Source of the DNA: Eledone cirrhosa
Taxonomy: Eukaryota
DNA: 64,000 nt
Reading direction: 5' to 3'
NCBI GenBank assembly: GCA_964016885.1
Contig: OZ024750.1
Coordinates: 31,558,001 to 31,622,000 of the forward strand
This document shows, in pieces, positions 1-11,859 of the stretch. The first letter of the stretch is position 1. Each line of letters opens with the position of its first letter. Both the position numbers and the translations under genes were made by a program. Under the pieces are notes generated by a model. It made no database searches. It was not told the DNA's origin and saw only the letters and a program-made list of their open reading frames with translations.

Positions 1-77
1 ATTTGAATTCAGATCATAAAGGGATGTAACTCTATGCTTCAAAGCATGGTGTCCGACTCTCTACCGATACTGCCAAC
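1..77 (-). mobile_element. tRNA-derived SINE family 1, 5' part (cut by window edge)
   Basis: Reverse complement gives TTGGCAGTATCGGTAGAG (A-box-like) ... GAATTCAAAT (B-box-like), matching copies at 42666-42848 and 60932-61120. Confidence 0.75.
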
Positions 78-871
78 AAATAATAAACTATAATCCTTCT
101 ATTTTAGATCGATACATATATATAATTAAAAATTCGGACCTCTTTAAGTTTAGTTATAAGGCCGGTTGATACTTTAGGCACTCAAATATCTAACAATAAA
201 TTCTTTAATAAGTATAACTATAATTATTTTACAAATTATATTATAGAAATTATATTATAAATTATATTATAAATAATTTTAGTATAGATTACTTTCGTGA
301 AGATAGAAAAACATTATATGTATTTTCTTTCTCGTGTTTCGTAAATCCTTAAATTTGTTTTCATAAAATTTGAATTTTAGAAATTAAACATATTTATATT
401 ATAATATTAATACAAATATCTATTAACTTTTAAAACCTAAAATATTTATTCCTTACCCTGAAATATTTTGAAAATTAACCGCCAACTATATTATTTTGGA
501 CATGTGTTACAAATATTGATATCTTTGTATATAAACTTGAACATAAATTACTCCCCTTTGTCTCTCTCATTCTTTAATCATCTTTCATCCGTTTTTTCAA
601 GCCACCTACTAAATATATTATCACATCAGCTGTTCCTTCCTCTATGCTTTCCTTTCCCTCCTCTTTCTCCAGTACTTTTTAAAAATGTTATGAATGTTAT
701 ATTGATGCCATGTATCTCTTAAACTCTATTACACACATCCTCTCTATTGTTTGTATTATGTTATCTCATCTTCTCAATATTAGGGTATACATATTGAGTT
801 TTGTCATAAGTTAATCACTACCATGACTAAATCTTAACCATCTAAATGTCAGGGTATGTCATGTATCATTT

Positions 872-938
872 TATTTCATCTGATGAGGATGTACTGTTGA
901 ACTTAACTCAGTACCTCTGAAATATGTATAATAAAATA
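872..938 (+). ncRNA. Minimal type I hammerhead ribozyme motif, family A
   Basis: tatttcat-CTGATGA(880-886)-stem II ggatgtactg/cagtacctct-GAAA(919-922)-tatgt-ATA-ataaaata. Stem I pairs with one mismatch. The element ends in (TA)n at about 985. Confidence 0.75.
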
Positions 939-1149
939 TAATTGATCACAAGAATATCTATTTTGTTAATATTTTGATTTAATATATATACATATACATA
1001 TATATATATATATATATATAATTATTCTTAAAATTCGTAAAATCCGTAAAATCGCTATTAACAACAAGGTTATTAAAATTTTTACCATATTATCACATGG
1101 GAAACTTTTGGAGCATTTTAGCACGTAAAGAATTATCTAAACTGCAAGT

Positions 1150-1270
1150 GTAGAATGCGATCGACCTAGAAATATTGCTGGGAGTGACCCAGAGGTCAAT
1201 TTCCACCATCACCTCAGACAATTGAAACACCTATTTGTATTATCTATTGGATTTCCTGGTGGATGGTGAC
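1150..1270 (+). pseudogene. Possible relic of Tx1-type ORF1
   Basis: Translates *NAIDLEILLGVTQRSISTI...DFLVDG, resembling WSGVDLEILFQIRPENVKTI...HIITEG in the ORF1 at 12586-13248. Short and degenerate. Confidence 0.3.
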
Positions 1271-1484
1271 AATAAGTCTGGTGCATCCTTAGATCTCAAG
1301 GATATAAAAAGATGATGGAGTTAAATTCAAATAAGAGGCTATTTTATACTAGGTAATAAAACCTTATGTCGTCTTCACTCCATTGAACACCCTTATCAGA
1401 GAGGAAGATAGCCCTCCCACATAAAACACCCTTGCTTGATTTCAACGAAATGATTCCATCGTTCCCTTAGAATCCTATCCACTC

Positions 1485-1517
<33 letters not shown>

Positions 1518-1518
<1 letters not shown>

Positions 1519-1777
1519 GATATTAACAAATACATATTTCAAGGACACCAAGTTAAATTATGGTGTGCTTTCATCAGATAAAATATAATATAGAGCAGTT
1601 TTATAAATAATTATTGACAAATGGTGTCCTTGAAATGTGTATAATGAAATAAATATGGTTTTAAAAATATAGTTTCCATTTGTTAATATCGTATTTTTAC
1701 TCCAATAATTTGTTGAGTGCTTTATACCAGTTATAAAACTATTTGCTTGTTGTATCCCAACAATTTAAATAGAACTT
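1518..1777. mobile_element. PLE-type 3' terminus family B with inverted 5' segment; truncated hammerhead on - strand (1531-1585)
   Basis: - strand: tattttat-CTGATGA-aagcacacca/tggtgtcctt-GAAA-tatgta. The + strand part from 1621 repeats tggtgtccttgaaa...atgaaata and runs to the terminus. (TA)n on both sides. Homologous to 35120-35415. Confidence 0.7.
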
Positions 1778-2036
1778 ATATATATATATATATATGAAAG
1801 ACGTAAATAAGAAAGTTATGAAAATTGACTTACTTACTAAAATTTCACTCCAACTAATTAGTTTCTGTAAGAGGATAAATATGGTTACGGAGTGTACCCA
1901 TAGAGAAGCCTTACGTCATCAGGGAGTCTATTCTCAGCTAAGCTTCCAGGCAATGCGGGGGACACTGGGAACTTATATAAAAATAATTCAGTGGATGGAA
2001 AAAAGCGAGCGGGGCTAGATTCCAGGACATTGAAAA

Positions 2037-3303
2037 ATTCACTGCCTACTTGGCTTGGTTGCACGTCTCTGAACGGTTTCCAGGAGGTCAATGTTCTGAG
2101 CAAGATAGGTGTTCCAGACTGATGATGCGAATTCCAAGTTTGGTCGTACCATAGCTGTATACAGCTTTAAATAGATGGCTGGAGAGCGGCTAACAAAGGT
2201 CTTGCTGAATGATGCCAAGACACCCTCGGCCTTCTTGACAATCTTAGAGACATGCTTTGTCCAACGCAAATCGCTGCTGATAGTAATGCCCAGGTCACGT
2301 TCACAAGAGGACTTCTTGATATCAGTGTTGTGGAGGGAGTATGTGGACGCTGGATTTTTCCTCCCAAAATGCATGGTGGTACATTTGTCCACAGCCAGCT
2401 TCAGTTGCCAGTCTGTGATCCATTGCTGCATTGTGTCCAGGTCTGATTGTAGGAAAGAGTTGTAGATTTCAGGATCAGTCCTTTTGATTTCAAGGTACAG
2501 CTTGATGTCATCTGCATATTTCAGTACCGTGGCATTCTTTAACTTGGCATCTATGTCATTAATATATGCCACAAACAAAAGGGAACCAAGAACAGATCCC
2601 TGTGGTACACCAGATGACATCTCTTATGGTGAAGAATGCTGTCCTAGAACCGTGACTACCTCTTTTCGGCCGAGAATGAAGGATATCAGCCAGTTAAAAA
2701 GATCATCCCTCACACCCATTGCAGAGAGTTTTGCCATAAGTCTTTTCTGTGGCACAGAATTAAAAGCCTTAGCAAAGTCAAGGTAAACAACATCCACTCA
2801 TGAGCCGCTGTCAGTGATCCGGGTGATGTGTTCACTGAACTCGATAAGCTGATCACAGCAGCTGGAGTTAGGGATAAATCCAAACTGCGAGGGCCGGATG
2901 AGGTTGTGAGAGCTCCAGAAGTTCCAAAGTGTTTCTCTGACACAGGATTCCATCAGTTTGGCAATACAGCTAGTAAGACTGACTGGACGATAGTTGACAG
3001 GTGACATGCGGTTGCCCTTTTTGAACAGGGGAATGACACTGGCAATTTTCCACTGCTCCGGAGTAGCACCATTGTTGAGACAGTATTGAAAGAAGAAAGA
3101 AAGCTGGTGCAAAACGAAGTACCCGCCACGTTTGAGAAGCAGACACCATCAAGACCAGGGGAGGCATAGTTGCGCATATTCTTAAGGTGACGTCGCAACA
3201 TTGCAGGTGTAAATTCCATAGTTGTTATGGAATTTGATGTTAGAGATGGTGGAGATGTTACATTCTGATTTTCAACAGTAAAAATACTTGCATAGCACTC
3301 AGC
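2037..3303 (-). mobile_element. CR1/L2-group LINE ORF2 fragment (reverse transcriptase), frameshifted
   Basis: Overlapping ORFs give NYRPVSLTSCIAKLME, QFGF, YLDFAKAFNSV, GVPQGSVLG, YADDIKLY, ERDLGITISSDL and LYTAMVRPNLEFASSVW. Confidence 0.92.
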
Positions 3304-3314
3304 ATGCATCATCT

Positions 3315-3381
3315 TATTTTATCTGACGAGGACGTACTGTTGAAGATAGCTCAGTACCTCTGAAATATGTATAATAACATA
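3315..3381 (+). ncRNA. Minimal type I hammerhead motif, family A
   Basis: tattttat-CTGACGA(3323-3329)-ggacgtactg/cagtacctct-GAAA(3362-3365)-tatgt-ATA-ataacata. Abuts the upstream end of the CR1 fragment and is followed by (TA)n at about 3425. Confidence 0.75.
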
Positions 3382-4199
3382 TACTTGATCACACCAATGT
3401 CTATTTTTGTTAATATTTTGAATTAATATATATATATATATATTTGTCAGTGCTTATACATATCAACGAATTTGTATTTAATGTAAATTTCTTTCTCTTT
3501 GGCTATACTTGGCAGAGGAGAGAATAGAAATTGTCTTACATTCTCATCTGTTTGCAAACGTTCGACATTTAAGAAAAATTTTCCTCTTCATTTTTAATAA
3601 GTTCATTAAATTTTATTTATTCTATAATCAATCACAACATCTATAGTTAGGAACTAGCCTTCATTATTGTTATGCTGGTTAAATAAATATATCAGCTTAG
3701 GAAAGAGCTGGTTTAAACGTTCTATAAAGATTTCAAGAGATTTTTCTTATTCTTCATTTAGGGAGGAATGAAAATATTTGAAATAAACAGAGAAATTAAG
3801 AAAAGATTTCTATTTTGAGTTAATATTTACCGAAAACAAAACATAATGACTAAAGATTTCATTTTTACCTAAAATATTATTTTCTCTATGAAAGTATGAG
3901 ATATTATCTGCGAAGATTCCATACCTCAGGCAGATCATATGTACGGAACAAACTTCAACCTTCACCAAACTTCTATAGATATATTTGAATAAATTGCTAG
4001 GAAGGGATCAGTTTCCCTCTTACTTCAGATGCTTTTTGAGTATTTGTTTTTATATACAGTTTTCAACTACTACTTATCGAGTGACCAATACAACCAATAC
4101 TAAAATATGATGACCATTATTTCTGATAGTAAAGACGGTGTCATTAATACATGCATGGGTTAGGAGAGCTACTGTTCCCATCAAACCGTTATATATATA

Positions 4200-4258
4200 T
4201 ATTATCCTTATCGAACCCTCTTTGGATTTTAGTCTTTAAATTTATTATTATTACTATA
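4200..4258 (+). repeat. Short (TA)n-flanked dispersed repeat (about 60 bp)
   Basis: ttatcgaaccctctttggattttagtctt...ttattattattact recurs at 5815-5875 (+) and 27761-27820 (-). Confidence 0.65.
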
Positions 4259-4273
4259 TATATATATATATAT

Positions 4274-4470
4274 AACGAAGGAATTGTGGTAAGGAACCAG
4301 ATGGACCATAACGCACCAAAGTACTCAATACTTAGGGTAGTAGAGTCTGTAATAGGAACGAATATGACGCCGACGGCAGAACTCAAGCCGTTTCGACGGC
4401 TATTTCTGGACTAAATAAGAATTTTTAGCCTGGTAAATAAATAGCCAGAGCTCTGCCGTAGGGGTCATAC
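4274..4470 (-). mobile_element. PLE-type terminus family C with partial hammerhead (stems II/III) and inverted end
   Basis: Homologous to 18363-18574, 22301-22484, 52365-52540 and 55459-55592. The - strand carries GAAACGGC...GCCGTC preceded by a long hairpin. (TA)n flanks. Confidence 0.7.
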
Positions 4471-4472
4471 TT

Positions 4473-4530
<58 letters not shown>

Positions 4531-4649
4531 ATATATATACCAGCAAGAGAAAAGGGTCAATGTAAATTATCAGATGTATTACAGAGCAGAGATACAAAAT
4601 ATAAAACAATCAAATTTTTGCTTAATGCATTTAATACATATATATATAT

Positions 4650-4758
4650 AACGATGCAAATGTGGTAAGGAACCAGGTGGACCATAACGCACCAAAGTAC
4701 TCAATACTTAGGGTAGTAGAGTGGGTAATAGGAACGAGTAGGTCCTACTCGTTCCTAT
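4650..4758 (-). mobile_element. Family C terminus, short, with terminal palindrome
   Basis: tgtggtaaggaaccaggtggaccataacgcaccaaagtactcaatac..., ending in ataggaacgagtagg/tcctactcgttcctat. Confidence 0.7.
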
Positions 4759-4764
4759 ATATAT

Positions 4765-4901
4765 ATATATATAAAACAGAGGATGTATGTTTGTCTGTCT
4801 GTGTAAATCAAAAAGTACACACCTACACGCCTCAATCTTTGCATATGCGTGTTGCTATTTCACGTTTCCTACCCCGTGCAACGCCGGGTCCTGCTACTTG
4901 T
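4765..4901 (+). mobile_element. Short non-autonomous Helitron-like element
   Basis: Starts tatataaaa...gtatgtttgtctgtctg and ends with hairpin cccgtgcaacgccggg followed by a degenerate CTAG (cttg|t). Confidence 0.5.
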
Positions 4902-6497
4902 ATATATATATATATATATATGTATATATAGCTTTCGTTAGGTTATACACACCAACTCATTCAGCCTGTTATATAAGCAAAAAATGGCTACCTCCATAGG
5001 TTAATTTTGAAAAAAAACCGAGTGTTCTGTAATATATATGCAGAGAGAATAACCAAATTATACTTAAAATATTATTTAATTTCGACATATATTACAATGT
5101 AGAACGGGGGGGGGGGGGGGTCATACCACGATATATATGAGGCATTTGTCCGTCGCGCGGCATCTCTTCAGGAATTTATATAATGTTATAAGTTTCAAGA
5201 GAAATACATACAGGAGATAACTTGATACAATAGACGCGGTTCATAATATATCAGTTAATATAATGCAAAATACAAGTACATTAAAAAGAAACAGCAAAGC
5301 ACAGCAGAAGCCATGTTACAGATAGTATATGGACATTTAGTACTTCAGTGCATCCGTACATTAACAGACATATTACTAAATTTACAAGATATTTTAGTTT
5401 GCACATTCACAAAAAAAAAAAGGACACTAGTTAGTCAATTATGCGTTAGGCGCATACAAATATATAACAAAATATCAAATGGAAATGAGTTTAAAATAAA
5501 TTCGAATTTAAAATAAATTCTTTTCTCTAAGAAGATTTCTAAGAAGGTAAAACACTGGTATTAATCTTATTTATATTATAATAGAATACATTGAGATATC
5601 AATAAATAAATATAGAAAGATTAATAATTAAACAAAACCCACCTGCATATATATCCAATCCAAACCACAGTCTTATCCCTGGTTAACCTCCTCTCATTTC
5701 TGTTTGGTTTTCGTCTTGCCAGGTATGTAGACGTACTCACCACGCTTAAGAAATTGTGGGTTGGTGACGCTATTTAACCCATAGTTAGGATATATATATA
5801 TATATATATTTATTATTATCGAGCCCTCTTTGGATTTTAGTCTTCAATTTTATTATTATTACTATTATTACTATATATATATATAGGTTGGAGTTGATTT
5901 TGAAATACTCATTTGATCGGATGGTAAATTTAACAAATTCGTTTTAAAGGTATAGAAACAGGGGATAAATATGATGCGAATACATTTGAAGGTACCTGCT
6001 TTAGTACATCCTATTGAATGGTTGCAGCGACTCTTGTGTATTTTGAAAAGAAAATGAGGAGATCATAGACAGATGGCAGCAGTTGTATTTACAGAGTAGC
6101 AATCGGAAGTTACAGAAATGAATGAGTTTCCATGTGTGACAAGTTAAACAATATTTTTTGGTTTTAAATCCTTAAAAGAAATATTTGCATGTACCTTGAA
6201 TTAAATTAACTCGTTTGCTCTTAATCAGTTCTGTCACAAAAATTGTCAACACGAATTGAATGTAACACATGTCGCCAAAAATATGTATCAATAATATACC
6301 AAAACCTATTTGATCAGGAGGATTCATACTTACAGATCAAAGCGTGTCATTGAAATAGGCTTAACAAGTACGTACAGTTCTATATTATACACACATATAT
6401 ATATATATACAAATACTTGCATCATGGTTGGATGATCCGTTGTTTGTAATGTATGTGTGTGTGTGTGGATATAATATGATATAATATAATATATATA

Positions 6498-6500
<3 letters not shown>

Positions 6501-6571
<71 letters not shown>

Positions 6572-6580
6572 TGTGTGTGT
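6501..6580. repeat. (GT)n microsatellite
   Basis: Direct inspection. Confidence 0.95.
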
Positions 6581-6779
6581 CTGATGGTAGCTAAGATGCT
6601 ATCATAGGCGGTTTGCCGGTCGAGCATTCTATGCTCTTACAGAGCAGAGTATGATAGAATAGAAAACGAAAAATCAGTGATGCATCTGAACTCAATTTAT
6701 TGTGTGTTACAATTGTTTCCCCGGCGGACAGCTTGAGACGCGATCATTGTGTGGATCTGTCTGATTCTGGACCCGCAGG

Positions 6780-7040
6780 TTCGATGGGATTTGAACTCAG
6801 AACGTAAACGGCCATAACTATGCTGTAAAACTTGTTGTTCATCGTTCTCCCGTTACTGCCAACACATAGCCATAATAATAAATTTTTTTATTGGACACAA
6901 GAGCGCAAGACATTAATACTTGTTTCTACTTTTGGCACAAGGCCAACAATTATCTCAGTGTATTACTGGTACTTTATTTTATCGACGCTATAAGGATGAA
7001 AGGCAAAATTAACTTCGGCGGGATTTGAACTCAGAACATT
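6780..7040 (-). mobile_element. Two SINE family 1 fragments (about 6780-6870 and 6920-7040)
   Basis: gggatttgaactcagaac occurs twice; ggcacaaggcc...actggtactttattttatcgac...ggatgaaaggcaaa. Confidence 0.7.
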
Positions 7041-8109
7041 AATAATGATACAAGGACCAAGGCAACACAAACTGGTGTTGACATTATGTACATGAAAGGG
7101 GGTATCACCGCATTGAAAAGAGTAGGAACAACAATAATAGAAATTGTATTAAATATATATAACAATAGAAAAAAAATGTCAACAAGGACAAATTTATCAA
7201 TGAGGTGGGGGACTGCACCTAATCCCACAGAGAAACCCAACACAAAGCCCATAATAAAAAAATGAAGATACTATCAAATCGCTTTAATATAGATACATAA
7301 GATAATAAATTTGTATCGAGGAACGACGAAAAAATCAATAGTCAGCATAGCAAAAGCAAAAGCATTTACTTCCAAATCTTTATTCTCGATCTCCATTCAC
7401 AATATCAAACTAACAATGGGGGCAATAGGAACATATTACATAAGAGAAATAACACATCGTTAAATCAGCCTTTAATATTCCACGTATTTTCTCCCACACA
7501 CATTTTCTAAAATATTTTATAGATTCACAGTAAAATTAGCATACTCTACAAGACCAAACCTACCGAGTAATGCCAATGAATTGTAAGAAAGATAAATAAG
7601 AACTAAAAGAACGAGGTAATTATAACAAATGATTTATAAAAATGACTGTAGTGATTAAATTCCTACGAAAACTCACTCATAAGCTTACACATTTAACTCC
7701 AATGTAGGTGAAAATCCCATACACAAGGTTCGTTGACCGTCTACGTTGGATAATAACTATATTGATAATAACGTAAGCATCAGCATTCTCCTAATTTACA
7801 CATCAAGGCCGTCTCTGACTCTTCATTCATGTGGAAATGTTAGTCAAATTCCGAATTAAAAGCCGCAATCCCTACCTCCAGAGCGAAATTTCGTCCTCTC
7901 AGTCAAAGAAACATTCGTGAGGTCTATATGCTAAATACACATACGGCCATTTACAATATATGTAGACTAGACCCTATCAATATTTATTTTTTAACGATCG
8001 ATACGATCCCAGACCTCATTCGCTTACTGAGTGGGGTGGAACTCGTCAGATCGGACCAAAGAAATATTGTTTCTATTGGTTTTCCCATTGCTGATACTAT
8101 CTACCAGTC

Positions 8110-8220
8110 GTAACTCCTGGCAGAAATAAAGTGAAATAAAGTGTTTTACTCAAGCGTATAACACAGTGCACTGTTTAGGAATCGAGCTCGCAACCTTACG
8201 ATTGTGAATCCCTGCCACTT
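8110..8220 (-). mobile_element. tRNA-derived SINE head, degenerate
   Basis: aggaatcgagctcgcaaccttacgattgtga is the reverse complement of a B-box-like GAGCTCGATTCCT region. Confidence 0.45.
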
Positions 8221-8449
8221 GTATTTATAGATCCTATTCTATATATGGCCATGTCTGTCGTAGAAGAAAATAAGTGAAAGACGTCACTTACCTATGTCCT
8301 TACACTAGGATAGCTAATCCAATCACCTCTTAAGCAAAGATTTGATTAAATGCTGCCCCCCCCCCCTCTATTCCTAAATATTAGTAGGTTGCTAGGGATT
8401 GCTTCTTCGGTAAGTTTATGTAGAGTTAATTAAGAAATGACTTTCTCAA

Positions 8450-9350
8450 AGCTTCCTCCTTTTCTTTGTAATGTTCGTGCTTTTGTAACCATAGACCGCG
8501 TCAACACTTTGCCTCTTTGTCCAACTTTGAAGTTCATAAGTTGTAGTCCCTGTGGAATTAGCTGTTCTTGTTGATATGATGATTTATCTTCTGGTATTTT
8601 TGTCGAGTTTCTGTATCTCTTTCTTGTTGATTTTCTTGTTGGTACCCTTGTTTCTTTGATTGTTGTTTTTTGCTTTCTGGTGACCGTGGAATTTTTGGCT
8701 TAGGTGACATGGATCTATGGTTGGTTTTGGGCTTAGGTTACGTGGGTCTATGGTAGGATTTTGGTTTAGGTGACGTGGATCTATGGGTGGATGTTGGCTT
8801 AGGTGACGTGGGTCTGTGGTTGGATTTTGGGTATATCTGCGGCCTCGTCGTGTGTTTCAGAGTGATGCCCCCTCCACCCATTTTGATTTAATTTTTTGTA
8901 TTTTCGTGCCGACAACAAAAGCCATTTGCGATAGTTTCATCTGGCGCTCGTCGCACGGTGTGACTGCGGGGAGAGGGAGAGAGAGGCTTGGCAAACAGAT
9001 AAGCATAAGTGATTTGGTTTTTGTAAACATCTTCACTTCGTTTCGGTGATGATAGTGGTGGTGGCGATGGCGGCATGCTGCTCATCTGAGGTGTGTTGTT
9101 GATGTCTGTATCACTATCGTTGGTATTGTTTTAGAGATTTTGTTACAGCTGCCGACGTTTGTACTGGTGCTTTTGCTGCTCTTATTGCTGCTGTTACCGA
9201 TGTAGTTAATGTTGTTATTGTTGTTCGTAGCAATGGGGGAATCATAACTCTTGCGCTCTGCAGAAGGGTTTTATGATTAGCAATGCCAAACATGTGGCAT
9301 TTTCTTTTTCATTTCAGTAAACAACTGATTACTAATTATTCATGTTTGGA
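8450..9350 (-). pseudogene. Degenerate Tx1-type ORF1 relic with an approximately 33-bp tandem repeat (8695-8830)
   Basis: - strand reads Pro/Lys/Thr/Ser-rich (SPKPK...RSPESKKQQ) like 11958-12824, with a CHMFGIANH knuckle-like remnant near 9270-9300. Four units of (t)ggcttaggtgacgtggatctatgg. Confidence 0.4.
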
Positions 9351-10933
9351 GAATCCCAAACCTCTTCTCATCACATGGATCAAGAATTCTATTCCGACCC
9401 CAACAAATTTTCGCGACGAAGCTCGTGTATATTCAGAGCATTCATATTACCCTACATGTGGCCACCCTAAACGGATGCGGAAGACTCAAGTCATTTATTT
9501 TTAGTACCAGATCCTACTCATATATATCTATATGAGAAAGGAATTTTTCGCTCATGATTCAGACAGTGAAGTGGATATTCATGCCGTCTTTCTCATGGAG
9601 GAACTCACATTCTCTCTCTCATAGCTCCTGTTGTGGAGTACAAAGGTAGTCTGCCTGTATACCTCCTCTTGGTGCATGCGTTTGTGCAGTGCTCGACTGA
9701 CCTAAAATCTATATCTTGGGGCCATACCCTCGGTGTCTTCATTTTTTTAGAATATATCTTTATTATATCATTAGTTTTTATTCTTTAAAACTAATTCATA
9801 AAAAATCAGAGCCTCAAATTTCATGTTTAGGGTCTCAGCATGTAAAAGTCTGTCCCTGCAGATCTGTTAGTATGTTACCGTTGGTGGTATGTTACTGTAA
9901 ATATATCTGTGTGTTTTTCAAAACCTCCAAGGTTACATGGCTTCTCTTTATTTTCCTCTTTGGACCTTCAACAGTTTTCTAGGTCTTGCTGCCACATCCT
10001 AACAATTGCAGAAGTCCCACGACAACAGTCTCTCTATTTCGTATGGTTACTTCGTGCTGCGAACATTGATCGACAACGGTTTTTCTGTATTTTCTCTAGC
10101 ATATGGGTCACATCGCGTTGCTGTTAATAGATTTTCCCGCCTTCGTATTTTTACTGTTTGAGAGAATTATAAGATCGTTTGTTGTGTTAGGGATTGGAAA
10201 ATGGGGATAATTATCTTCAATGAAAACACCAACTTCCCCTTTCTCGCTGCCCCGCTCCTGCTATCATTAACATGTCTTACACCTTCAAACGGCAAGAAAG
10301 GGTAGAACCAATCAGTCTCTTTATTTCGTATTTGGTTCCCTAAATAAATAAACAACAATTATTTTCCACACTCGTTTGAGGAAGTAAAAAATGCCTTACT
10401 TAGGCAGTAACAACAACAATAATAATGATGAGAATAATTTCTACTTTAGGCACAAGGCCAGCAATTTAGTGGGAGGGAGTGTAGTTGTTTACATCAATCC
10501 TGTTATTTCACTGGTTCTTATTGTATTGAACCCAAAAGGACGAAAGTTGAAGTTTACGACGCACGTTTTGCACTCATAACGGGAAGATCTGGAGTAAAAT
10601 AAAATACTCGCCTGGTGTTCTAACAACAACAACAACAACAACAATATTAATAATAATAATACTGATTTCATTTATTGGCCACAATAGGGGACAATACAAA
10701 AGACTGGGACAGTGGGGTTTTACAGAAAAATCGAGTAAACAATATGAATAACAATAACAAAGTAACAATAACAAAGTAACAATAAAGTAACAAGAAAATT
10801 ACAACAACAAAAAATTCCCCAATAGGGGAGATGACCACCTAGGGTTCGCTCAGGTACCCCCACCAGTCCTGAACGACCCGACGCTTCGAGAGCACCCTGG
10901 AAGGGCACCCCTCTCCTCCTCAAATTTACCTAC

Positions 10934-11827
10934 CTACAGCCGCATGACCAGAGTAGACCCACTCACACGGGCGATTCTCGCCACATTGACCCACCTTTCA
11001 GCAAATGTACTGGGGGGGGGGGGGGGGGCAGCACTTCTCTGTCCACCCTCACCTTCCTTTCCAAGTGAACCTTGAAAAAGTTGATGAGGGATTGGCGGAA
11101 GAGAAACGTGTCTGTCTTCAGTCCTTTCAACCTCGTCCACCATACACCCTCTTTCGCTACTGCCACCAGACAGAGGAAAATTGCCTGCCCTTCCTGGCCA
11201 AAAGAAGGCGGCGGGTCGATCTTCACTATGGACTCGGCCTATAGCCGCATCCGTTCTACACGCGACAACAGCTGTTCAACATAGCTCCACAAGTCAGTAA
11301 TGCACGGACACTAGACGAGTGCGTGCAGAACGGTTTCGTCGCTCTGCGCGCATCTCGGGGAGGTCCGTCTGACAGCACTTCCGTGCCTGTAGAGTTTATC
11401 TCGAACCGGCAGTGCCCCCCAGTAGCACTGCCAAGCGAGGGATTTTTGGAAATTATCCATCGTCTCTGGCTCGAAAGTCCTCCGGTACAGACTGGTTAGT
11501 TCGACTTCGTTGACTCCCAGAGCCTCTCCGAGTGCGTCGTCGCACTTACCTTCCACTAATCCTCTATAGAACTCGAGAGTGGAAGTTCCACTGACCGCAT
11601 TGCCCGCCTGGTAGAGGGCAGTGAGTGCCTGGCAACATTCCAGATGCCAGTCACCCAGTCTTGGTCTCTTTTTGACCCAGAACTGCAGTTCGCGTGTCGG
11701 AAATCCTGGTCTCGCTGACGGCAATTACATCCATTTCTAGAGACCTGAGGTCGTTGAGCAGGTGACCCTGCTTCCAGGACGATCCCAGGCCTCGAACATG
11801 TAAACATCTTACTCTTAATACGGCCAT
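10934..11827 (-). pseudogene. LINE ORF2 remnant: first ~42 codons of APE endonuclease joined to the C-terminal Cys/His domain
   Basis: ATG 11827 gives MAVLRVRCLHVRGL...MDVIAVSETR (NVRGL/QET-type APE motifs). After about 11700: WQCYWGALPVRDKL...PRCAQSDETVLHALV...VWWTR...GSTLVMRL*. No RT motifs in between. Confidence 0.8.
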
Positions 11828-11859
11828 GTTGGCAGCTTAAAAAGAGAGAGAGGAAAGGT

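Noticed and set aside
1880-1930. CTGATGA on the - strand in a TA-flanked unit (1794-2030)
   Set aside because: No GAAA or pairing stems at a suitable spacing; at most a decayed ribozyme.
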